IMG/VR virus record: IMGVR_UViG_3300020577_002562 | Location: 96,001 to 160,000 of that record | Length of the DNA: 64,000 bases | From: a virus | Lineage: Duplodnaviria; Caudoviricetes | Direction: 5' to 3' (one strand) | Part shown: piece by piece, positions 1 through 8,900 of the stretch | How the letters are laid out: each line of letters begins with the position of its first letter | Numbering within the stretch: position 1 is the stretch's first letter | The notes under the pieces: model-generated | The model's database searches: none | The model's input: the letters and a program-made list of their open reading frames with translations, nothing else | What the model was told of the DNA's origin: nothing | Program-made: the position numbers and the translations under genes

Positions 1-1072
1 CTTGTCCATAGCCGATTAGATTCTGCGCGTTGCCAGAACCAGTAACCTGTGTGATAGAACCCCCGACGGAGAAGTTGAACGCCGAAGACCCCGGACCAGC
101 AGTAAACAACGTTCCTACTGTAGTAGTCGTCATCACTACCCAATACCAACCTGATGGCACCGCGGGTGTTGTGCCGGCAGCGGCTGCGCCCCACCACACC
201 CAAAGACCAGATGTGTAGGCAACTGGTAGAGCTGTAGCGAACGTAAGATGTCCAGATGAACCAGTACCGATGGTCACGTTGCACCCAACCATACGGAAGT
301 CTGGATCCCTAAACGTCACAACACCAGATACCGGCAACCACATTGTTCCATTCGACTGGAACTGCTGGTAGATTCTGTAGGTGTTGTCATGAATCGAGAT
401 GATCGCCCCAGTGCCAGCGGCCGCTGCGCTTGGCTTGCTGGACCAGGTGTATGTCACTGGCTGCGGGTCTCCACGCATGACATATTGAGATCCTGTCCAC
501 TGGAACTCAATCATCACGGTGCTGGAAGCTGGCACCAGCATTGTACTGACCGTTGCCTGCCTCTTCTCGCTGTAAACAGACGCAGGCAATGTCACTGTAC
601 GGGCTGTACCGTCAGTGGTCAACCTCCAGTAGAAGAATTGCGGTGAAGATGCGGGGGCGCCGCTGAAGGTGACCGTCGTGTCGGCTGCGATGGACTGCAC
701 ATTCAGTGCTTGGCTCAACGTACTCAGAACATTGCCTGACACGTTGTTCTGAATCAATGCCCCACCAAACGGAATGTATCCACCAACACCATCTGCTTGA
801 CCATAGACACCGTAGGTCGGATCAGTCAGTAGCGTTCCTAGAGTCTTGCCAGCAGTAGAGGTACCTCTAGTTACCGCCGCAGTAGACGCCGAACGTCCCT
901 GGACCAAGCCAGCCAACTTGATAACACCCGCAGTAATAGCGCTAGCAACCGCCACTTCGTCTGCTGTACCTTCCAACACGGTAATGTTGGTTACCTTGTC
1001 CGGGTGAACTTGCTGACCGGCAATTGCAAGATTGCTAGCTGCTGTTATAACTGGATAGACTAGAAGTCCCAT
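1..1072 (-). CDS. Virion fibre/receptor-binding-type protein, runs off the left window edge (partial)
   Basis: Absent from the ORF track because it has no stop in the window. My translation from ATG 1072 (MGLLVYPVITAASNLAIAGQQVHPDKVTNITVLEGTADE...) stays open to base 1. G/S/T-rich; N-terminus resembles that of 3920..4537. Confidence 0.75.
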   Translation of the reverse strand, partial: MGLLVYPVITAASNLAIAGQQVHPDKVTNITVLEGTADEVAVASAITAGVIKLAGLVQGRSASTAAVTRGTSTAGKTLGTLLTDPTYGVYGQADGVGGYIPFGGALIQNNVSGNVLSTLSQALNVQSIAADTTVTFSGAPASSPQFFYWRLTTDGTARTVTLPASVYSEKRQATVSTMLVPASSTVMIEFQWTGSQYVMRGDPQPVTYTWSSKPSAAAAGTGAIISIHDNTYRIYQQFQSNGTMWLPVSGVVTFRDPDFRMVGCNVTIGTGSSGHLTFATALPVAYTSGLWVWWGAAAAGTTPAVPSGWYWVVMTTTTVGTLFTAGPGSSAFNFSVGGSITQVTGSGNAQNLIGYGQ

Positions 1073-1120
1073 GATTCGTTCCTGTGAAGTGGAGACAGTA
1101 GAGCGTTTGCTGTCAGAGTG

Positions 1121-1127
1121 AAATTAG
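1121..1127 (-). promoter_or_regulatory. CTAATTT motif, putative late promoter
   Basis: Intergenic, 48 nt upstream of ATG 1072; the same motif recurs at five other gene starts. Confidence 0.55.
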
Positions 1128-1148
1128 AGTGCACACGTAATCATGTAA

Positions 1149-3908
1149 TCACCGAACAAGCAGACGGGGATGTTGCGGTTGCACATACAGAAAGCCGCCA
1201 GAGAAGCTATCACCAGGGGCTACCAATTGTTGCGTAACTCCGTTAACCTGTTGGTAAACTCCTTGGCCAGAAGTCATAGCTAACTTGACCTCTAGACCGT
1301 CTCGCAAGACAAATCCAGGCTGAACTTCAGCAGACAAGCTAGAACTGTACCCTTGATCCAACAGATGCTGTCTAGTTGTGGTCAGCATGGCGAACTGCTG
1401 ATTTTCATCTCGTGGATAGCAGAATGTGTAGACCCTACTCTTTCCGATCCCAAGCGCTAGACCGTCTTCACTTGCCCACACCACTACACCGTACCAGTGA
1501 AAGCCATCTTTGACGCTGACTTGCATCTTGTTCAACGTCAAACCAGCGCCAGGTATACGCCCCAACACCATATGGAAGGTTGGAGTCTCTACTGTGATGT
1601 ATCCAGTGTTTCTATGAACCAGCACCTTACAAACAGCCGCGTTAGTCTTGTCGCCGGCCGTCTGCCCAGCACCTGCCAATGCGTAGGTAACATTGGTCTG
1701 CGCAGCCACGCTCTGGATGTCATACCGAAGTCTTGCGTGAATGTAGGACCAATACTGACCGTCCTCACCAGCAAGCTCCAAGGTACTGACTAGAGCCGAA
1801 TAACCGGGCGTCGGTTGGTATCCGGAGATGTTGTCGGCCTTCGCGTAATGGTCATACAGAATCGGTAACGTAGCAACCGTCTTGTCTTCGGTTGTCAGTT
1901 TGCTGATTCCACCATATCTGTTCATCAGGGTGATGATCTCAGCCATTAGCCAGTAGTTGTTGGCTTGGAAATTGTGATCACCCCCTGCTTGCATAGGCCA
2001 AGTAGCATTGATGAAGCAGAACCAATAGAACCCACTTGTGTTCTGCAACAGTCCATAGAGATTCACTAGGAACCAATGTTGACAGTGGCCCAACACGGAC
2101 AAGCCGTTGACCCCTGTCTCAGTACACATAGCTGGCTTGTTGGTCAGCGTGGTCCCCTTGCGGAACGTTATCGAGTATATGGATCCTAGAGAGGTTGCGT
2201 CACCAGATGCGCTTCCTGTGAAGTCAACATTCTGCATGGTGCCGTTCACATTCGCATGAACGCGTGTATTGGCAGTGTCCGACGCAAAGTTGGCATGCAA
2301 TGCGCTATAGTTAACAGCATGGGCAGGTAAAACCACGGAACAGGTCCCAGAGTACGCCGGGTCTGAAGAGGTTGCCGTAAACTGTGTGGTGGCTTGTGTA
2401 GCTATGGTAACTTGCTCGGACCAGATATACGCCCACGTCACCGTCCCGTCTGCAATACTGGCTCCAGTTCCAATTGGACCTGCACCAGTTGCTGCGGTTG
2501 TGCCGCCAGTAGTGGCCTTGTAGACGCGATTGTCATTCGTCAGGCAGAAGTTGCCTGTCGAGAAAGCCTTGTTTGGACGCCACCGGGATACGTTGGCTGA
2601 CGTGTACGTGTTGTCTTTGACCACGCGGACTGGTTGACCTACCACAAGACCGTGTGTCGTGTCAATGCCAGATATACCTGTCACAGTCAATGTGCCAGCC
2701 GCCCAACTCATGGACGTAGCAGTAGTCGTCTGCCAGTTACCGTTGCGGACTAATGAACCGTCCGATGGGTAGTGATAGCAGTGGACATCCAAGATGTCCG
2801 AAACGCTACCCGCATAGTGACCAATGTACCCACTCTGACCAGCAGAGTATAGATGATGCGGGCTCAATGTCTTCAGATAGTCCCGAAGCTCTGTATTGAG
2901 GTCTCTCTCCAGTTCTTCCCAGAACTGAGCTATACGCATGCGTTCCGTATAGTATGGCTCTGTTGTTGAGGCTGCACCTACGTTGCTCTTGAAGGATTTG
3001 GCAGATCGATCTGCTATGCCAGAGCCCGTTGTGCTTGTATACGCATACGTTGGCATATAGGTGATTGGCGTCCCGCCGTATGTCGGACCGCTACCGAAGG
3101 TAGCTGTGTGCCACGCCACGAATTTCGCATCGATGGCGGCTACATACGTGCTATTCGGGGAGCCACCTGTCTGCACCATCTTGTCAAATGTACTACTGGT
3201 GGGACTTGAGATGTTAGATGTGTTGTAGTAGAACTGGTAGACTCCCATTTCATTGAATGGGTTGATCGAGAACAGCGTGTATTCACTTCCATAAGTCCTA
3301 CCGGTGTACTTGTTGACCCGGTTAAGAAACACCGCCATATGATCTTTGACGGCCTGCTTAACGTTTGGTGTGCCGTTTGTACCGTCGAACCACCATAGAC
3401 CAATCCACTTCGAGTTGGCGCTGCCGTTCGGGGCGGTGAACCCGCGGTTCTGCATGACCAACCCCCATTGGTCAAAGCGAAGAGATATATAGAGCCCACG
3501 TTCGGTACAAGCTTTCCAGAAGTAGTCCCAACCACAAGCACCCGCCACGTCACCCGACCAAAACGCGTCTACGTATGCGGTTGCGCTGGCATCGGACCAG
3601 CAACCGGACTGTCTACCGGCTAGACTCCCGCTCGGCACAACAGACACAGCATCAAATTCCATCAAACAGATCGAGTTGATGCCGTACTTAACAAGCGAAT
3701 TCAAGGCATCGTCGACCGATGACTTGTCAGGTGTGCAGCTCATGTTACCGAAAGACTGCCCTGTCATTAGTAAGCCGTGCAGTCTAAAGGGAGATCCGTT
3801 CAGCAGAAGAGATTCACCATTGGCGACCAGTGGTGTTGTGACAGGTGACACTGACGTCAGGTCAATGCCAAGCAGTGGTTCATTGTCAAAGCGGTAACGT
3901 GTCCACAT
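1149..3908 (-). CDS. Glycoside hydrolase (clan GH-A, GH5-like), probable virion-associated depolymerase
   Basis: LLLNGSPFRLHG start, NKYTGRTYGSE, INPFNE acid/base motif, DVHCYHYP, CTETG nucleophile motif; internal W...VYKATTGGT...DGTVTW fibre/CBM-like insert. Confidence 0.7.
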   Translation of the reverse strand: MWTRYRFDNEPLLGIDLTSVSPVTTPLVANGESLLLNGSPFRLHGLLMTGQSFGNMSCTPDKSSVDDALNSLVKYGINSICLMEFDAVSVVPSGSLAGRQSGCWSDASATAYVDAFWSGDVAGACGWDYFWKACTERGLYISLRFDQWGLVMQNRGFTAPNGSANSKWIGLWWFDGTNGTPNVKQAVKDHMAVFLNRVNKYTGRTYGSEYTLFSINPFNEMGVYQFYYNTSNISSPTSSTFDKMVQTGGSPNSTYVAAIDAKFVAWHTATFGSGPTYGGTPITYMPTYAYTSTTGSGIADRSAKSFKSNVGAASTTEPYYTERMRIAQFWEELERDLNTELRDYLKTLSPHHLYSAGQSGYIGHYAGSVSDILDVHCYHYPSDGSLVRNGNWQTTTATSMSWAAGTLTVTGISGIDTTHGLVVGQPVRVVKDNTYTSANVSRWRPNKAFSTGNFCLTNDNRVYKATTGGTTAATGAGPIGTGASIADGTVTWAYIWSEQVTIATQATTQFTATSSDPAYSGTCSVVLPAHAVNYSALHANFASDTANTRVHANVNGTMQNVDFTGSASGDATSLGSIYSITFRKGTTLTNKPAMCTETGVNGLSVLGHCQHWFLVNLYGLLQNTSGFYWFCFINATWPMQAGGDHNFQANNYWLMAEIITLMNRYGGISKLTTEDKTVATLPILYDHYAKADNISGYQPTPGYSALVSTLELAGEDGQYWSYIHARLRYDIQSVAAQTNVTYALAGAGQTAGDKTNAAVCKVLVHRNTGYITVETPTFHMVLGRIPGAGLTLNKMQVSVKDGFHWYGVVVWASEDGLALGIGKSRVYTFCYPRDENQQFAMLTTTRQHLLDQGYSSSLSAEVQPGFVLRDGLEVKLAMTSGQGVYQQVNGVTQQLVAPGDSFSGGFLYVQPQHPRLLVR

Positions 3909-3919
3909 GGTTCAGGCAC

Positions 3920-4537
3920 TCACTGGTAGAAGAGGACGAATGAGCCTGTGCCACTAACGTCAGCGTACAGGCCGCTGATGGAATCCGTAGCGATTGTAGC
4001 GGCAGCATACGGTGTGTTCACACTCAAAGACAGCGCTGACCACCCTGTCAGTGCAGGAGCACCGCCGGAAGTTCCGTTCCTAAGAGTGATGGTTGCTGTG
4101 CCGCTCACCATCACCAAAGAATACACTTTTGCCGGCCCGCTCTTGATAAGCGTTGACGCCGAAAAAGACACTGTAGAGATAACGTCACTAGCCGAGGTGA
4201 GCGATCTGTACGTACTGGTCGTCAGCGGAATATAGACTGTTGAGCCTACTCGATATAACGAGTAGAGTGATAGACCGCTAGCGGCAACGAGTGCCGCTAG
4301 CTGGGCTGCTGTTACGTCTGTGATCAGCAGAGACGAAACGTTCTGAACGTTGTTCCCAGGAGTCAACCCACGAATCTGAAGACCTCCGATGGAGTTCTGA
4401 CGCAGAAGTTCTGTCTCCTCTGCTGATCCATCTACTACCGAGATCGTCTTATACCCAACGTTGGGTGCAAGTTTGTTGGTTCCGATCCAAATGATGGATT
4501 GGCCGGGATTCAGTACATCGTAGGTGGCGATTGACAT
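3920..4537 (-). CDS. Small virion structural/fibre accessory protein
   Basis: 205-aa S/T/G-rich beta protein in the fibre block. Confidence 0.55.
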   Translation of the reverse strand: MSIATYDVLNPGQSIIWIGTNKLAPNVGYKTISVVDGSAEETELLRQNSIGGLQIRGLTPGNNVQNVSSLLITDVTAAQLAALVAASGLSLYSLYRVGSTVYIPLTTSTYRSLTSASDVISTVSFSASTLIKSGPAKVYSLVMVSGTATITLRNGTSGGAPALTGWSALSLSVNTPYAAATIATDSISGLYADVSGTGSFVLFYQ

Positions 4538-4560
4538 GAGTTGGTCCTAGTGAATGTGGA

Positions 4561-5148
4561 TTACCGCTTGGTGAGGGTTACGTGAAGATCCAACACTGAG
4601 TTGTTGTAGAACTTGACCGCCTCGGTTTGGTATTGCTGGTTACGAACAGAAACATCTTGGTCCAGAATGTAGCCGTATCCGAAATCGAAATCACACGTCA
4701 TTTCGTATGTACCGTGGGTCAGACGGTTGGCAGTACGCCAATTCTTGTTGAAGTACAGGAAGCTAGACTCGCACACTGGCGGCCACTCATGATTGAAGTC
4801 CTGCACCGAACGCATGCTGCTCCAATACGGGACAATGACAACCATTTGTCCGCCCGGTTGCAACACGCGATAGGCTTCGTCCATGAATCGAGGCCGAAGC
4901 AACGCTGGGATATGCTCGAAGAAATGGGAGCAGTGAAGGAGCTTGGCACACCCCTCTGCCACCGGCCATGGGAACTGAAGCAGATCGAAAACGTGATCGG
5001 TCGAATTGGTCTTGAACTTGTCAATGCCAATGAAGCCTTCACGCTTGCTATCTCCGCAAGCCAAGTCGAGTTGAAGGTCTTTTCCTTCCAACAGAAGTCC
5101 GGCAGAGGCGCTGGGTGTATCGGCTGGAACAAGATTCTCTGTAGTCAT
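4561..5148 (-). CDS. Class I SAM-dependent methyltransferase
   Basis: LDLACGD motif I, SHFFEHI, EAYRVLQPGG. Confidence 0.85.
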   Translation of the reverse strand: MTTENLVPADTPSASAGLLLEGKDLQLDLACGDSKREGFIGIDKFKTNSTDHVFDLLQFPWPVAEGCAKLLHCSHFFEHIPALLRPRFMDEAYRVLQPGGQMVVIVPYWSSMRSVQDFNHEWPPVCESSFLYFNKNWRTANRLTHGTYEMTCDFDFGYGYILDQDVSVRNQQYQTEAVKFYNNSVLDLHVTLTKR

Positions 5149-5208
5149 GGTGCTGATTACCGTGGTTAGATTGATGGTTTTACCGTTGTCTGATTGAGTA
5201 GGCTCGGC

Positions 5209-5931
5209 CTACCACATGGTATCAGACTGAAGATCGTAGTGTCCGACTTTGATGGAACAGTCGATGGCACAACGATAGCCGTGCTTCTTGGCATCCGCCC
5301 AGAAGTACAGATCTTGGGTGGACACGCCTTCTGTAGAGCTAGCCGTAGTCTTGAACCACGGTTTACGAAGACGCTCGTCCTTGAACATCGAAAGTCTGAA
5401 TGCGGTGAACCCCATGCCGGTGCCGTTGCACTCAACTAGACCCCCATTCGGATCAGGTCGGCATGGCTTAAAGTTCAGTGGATGCTCGTGAGGGTTGCCC
5501 CAAATCTGAGGCTGTCCACCAAACCCCTTCGTAAAGTACAAGCCACCAATGGCAGCAAACTCTGGGTGGTTCTCCATCTGCGACAGCAATCGTACAACAC
5601 CATCAGGTGGTGGTGCGTTGTCGTGCTCCATCATCAGCAGATACTTGAAATTAGCCAGATCTGGGTTCGCCAGTATGGCAGTGATGGTTCTGCTGTACGC
5701 GTCACCCACTTCCATGTTCAGCGGCCAGAAGCGTGCATACTTTTGGTTGGGTGGTGTAAACAGTTGTATCCAAGCCGCCACCACTTTGGTTGGTACCTGA
5801 CCGAACGCTGGAACAATCTGGATGCAGCTCAAGTCTTTGTAGGCTGCTGTTTGTTCCAAGCGTTGCATCGTCGCATCCAAGTCTCGGTTGTGGATGCCTG
5901 GATCATATGAGCTGACGATTTGCGGTTCCAT
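5209..5931 (-). CDS. GT-A fold (family 2-like) glycosyltransferase
   Basis: YLLMMEHD (DxD position), GTGMGFTAF, QDLYFW, IDCSIKVGH pattern typical of phage GT2 proteins. Confidence 0.7.
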   Translation of the reverse strand: MEPQIVSSYDPGIHNRDLDATMQRLEQTAAYKDLSCIQIVPAFGQVPTKVVAAWIQLFTPPNQKYARFWPLNMEVGDAYSRTITAILANPDLANFKYLLMMEHDNAPPPDGVVRLLSQMENHPEFAAIGGLYFTKGFGGQPQIWGNPHEHPLNFKPCRPDPNGGLVECNGTGMGFTAFRLSMFKDERLRKPWFKTTASSTEGVSTQDLYFWADAKKHGYRCAIDCSIKVGHYDLQSDTMW

Positions 5932-5964
5932 GACTTGCGTGTTCCCGTATCTTGGGGTTGAAGA

Positions 5965-8900
5965 TTAGCCGATTGTGGCATTCAGCATCTGCATGTAGAA
6001 CAGATGTTGAGTATTAGTGCTGATAGCCGATAGAGACATTGTGCCGGTGGTTCCTGTTGCTGCTCCAGGTATTGCTCCTAAAAGAAGTTGTTTAGATGCT
6101 GCGGATGCTTGACCGAATGTACCAAAGCTCAACGAGCCTTGCTGCGTCACTATGAAGTTCGAGACGTTCAGCAAGCCTGATTGCGACGAACCACCGCCAG
6201 TTGTAGCAGCACTGGATACTCTGTGTGCCATCCAGTATTCGCCCGCCGTTAGAGTAGTCACCAACGGTATGGCAACAGCTTTGTAGCCGGTGAGAGCAGA
6301 TGCCCACGAGGTGTTGGTAGACTGGCTATTCGAGAAACCTAGAACACCGCCAGTGCTGTCGGTCACCCACTGCATCTGGAACGACGCCGACGATGACGAC
6401 TGTGACAGACTAGCAGTAACTGCCCAGCTTCCACTCGCTACAGACACTAGGTTTGAACTGTTAGCACCGTAGTCTTGTCTTGAGAAGAAGGTGACCCCGT
6501 GGAACTGAACTTGGGTAATTGAGCAGCTAGAGTTTGCTGTGGACAGTGCTGGTATCACTGCCGACATAGACTTACTTACAACCACAACCTTCATCGCCAA
6601 ATCTTCTTGGATATTGAACGGGTTGAAGTAGTAGCTGGTCGTGTGCGAGGATGTCGAGCTACCTGTGATACGCGGATACGGCTCAAAGAACTGCTGTTGC
6701 GTAGCATTCCCTTGAATGATCAGCGTATCATTGCTCACGCCTACTGACACACCGCTCTGTCCAGAGATGATCTGGCTCAGGTGCGATACTGTGCCGCTGG
6801 TGTTCTTACCAGCAACCGTGTTGGCGCCTGTCGCATACCAGGTGCTGTTGGCAAGCGCTGCGGTAACGATGCTAGAGTTCGACATCCCAAACGAGATGTT
6901 GTTGCTGTTACTAAAGACAATCGTACCACTGGTAGCAGTCTGCGTGCCTGCCGCAATGTTCGGCCCCGTCTGATTTATGACGCCACCGCCACCGCTGATT
7001 ATCAGCGTATTGCTGCTGACACCTACCGATACGCCACCAGCACCACTGATGATGTACTGATCATTATTGAAGGCTCCAGAAGTGTTCGTACCTGCAATGG
7101 TGTTGGCGCCAGTCGCAAACCACGAGTCACTACCCTCAGATATGGAGAGTGCCAAGTTCAGGCCGTTGCTGTTTAGCGTAGCAGAGGCATTTATGTTGGT
7201 TAGCCCAAGCGTTGTTCCAGTACCAGCATAGCCTCTAGCGTCTAGAGAAATACCACCACTGTTGACCGACCAGGTGACATTAGACTGAGCAGTATTCAAG
7301 CCAACGGCATCAGTCGATGCGCGTGCCGTAGTCAACCATGCCGGATGCTGGAACCAAACAGTGTTGGGACCACCAACCGCCGTGGATTGAGACAGAGTGA
7401 TGGATTGAGATCCTGCCAGAACCCAGTCAACCCCCGTGCTTACACCTGTATTACCGGCGGTCTGTCCTGTATTCGATACGCCTAATGCTTTGATAGCAGA
7501 TTGATTGCTCTGCGCAACCGTGTTGGGTCCACTGATGGTCAGCGACACAGAGCTGCCATTTGAGGACTGGCGCAAAGTGATGTTGTTGCCGCCGATCAGG
7601 ATGTACCGAAGTCCGGCTCCGTCGAATGTTCCTGTAGTACCAGCGGTGTTGCCATTGGTACTCATGCCGATGTTGATCGGATCGAATGAGGCAGTTATCA
7701 CACTGCTATTCGACATCCCAAACGTGATTTTGTTGCTGTTGCTAAAGACAACAGTACCACTGGTAGCGGTTTGTGTACCCGCTGCAGCGCTCGGCCCACC
7801 TCCAGCGCCACCAGTCTGTGAAATAACAACCGACCCCCCAGACATACCGACACTGATGTTGCCAGCACCACTGAAACTCAGTGATCGGGCATCAACAGTG
7901 GAGCTACTTGACTGCCCAGTCGTGTTACCGACGTGGTACAGCCCAACTGTTTGATTAGTTTGTGCTGCGTAAGAAGCACTGGCAGTAATGACACCTGCGG
8001 CCAACCCAAAGCTAACGTTGTTGCCGTCAGACAGAGTGAGTGTTGTCGAAACAGTAGATACACCCCCATTAACCGCCAGCGCGTTCACACCATCCGCCGC
8101 CCCTGCCGCCCCTCCGCTAATGGTGATGGCATTACCGTTCTGACTCAGAGTGATATTGTTGCCACCTGCCAATGACAGTACGCCACTAGAGACCTGCGCC
8201 ATTACGCCAGCAGTGTTGCCACTTAGCGTGAGGTTGAAGCGATCTTGGGTCTGTACGGTCTGTGCCGCAGTGGTTGCCGAGATGCGCAACGACCCATTAG
8301 ACATACCCACGGACACAATACCCGCGCCATCATAACTGATGGACCTGGCGTCAACTGTGGAACTAGAAGACTGTCCGGTGGTGTTCCCTACTTGGTACAG
8401 CCCTACCGTCTGGTTGGTTTGAGCTACTGTATTGGGACCACTGATCGTGACGGCATTACCATTCTGCGACAGGGTGATGTTGTTACCACCCGCCAAAGAC
8501 ATGGTCCCAGAACTGATCTGAGCCATCACCCCAGCCGTGTTGCCACTCAACGTGACATTGTGCAGGTTCTGGGTCTGGACTGTTTGTGCAGCAGTGCTAA
8601 CGGACAGCACCACTGATCCGCCAGACATACCGACACTAATGTTGCCAGTGCCTTGAAAGCTCAAGCTACGCGCATCTACGGTGGAGCTACTGGATTGTCC
8701 TGTGGTGTTACCGACACCATAAACCCCAACGGTTTGTGCTGTTTGCGCCGGGACCGTCGCAGAAATTCTGAGCGACCCGGCAGACATGCCGACCGACACA
8801 ATACCTGCGCCATCGTAACTGATCGAACGAGCATCAACTGTACTGCTACTGGATTGTCCTGTTGTGTTTCCTACACCATACAGTCCAACTGTTTGATTGG

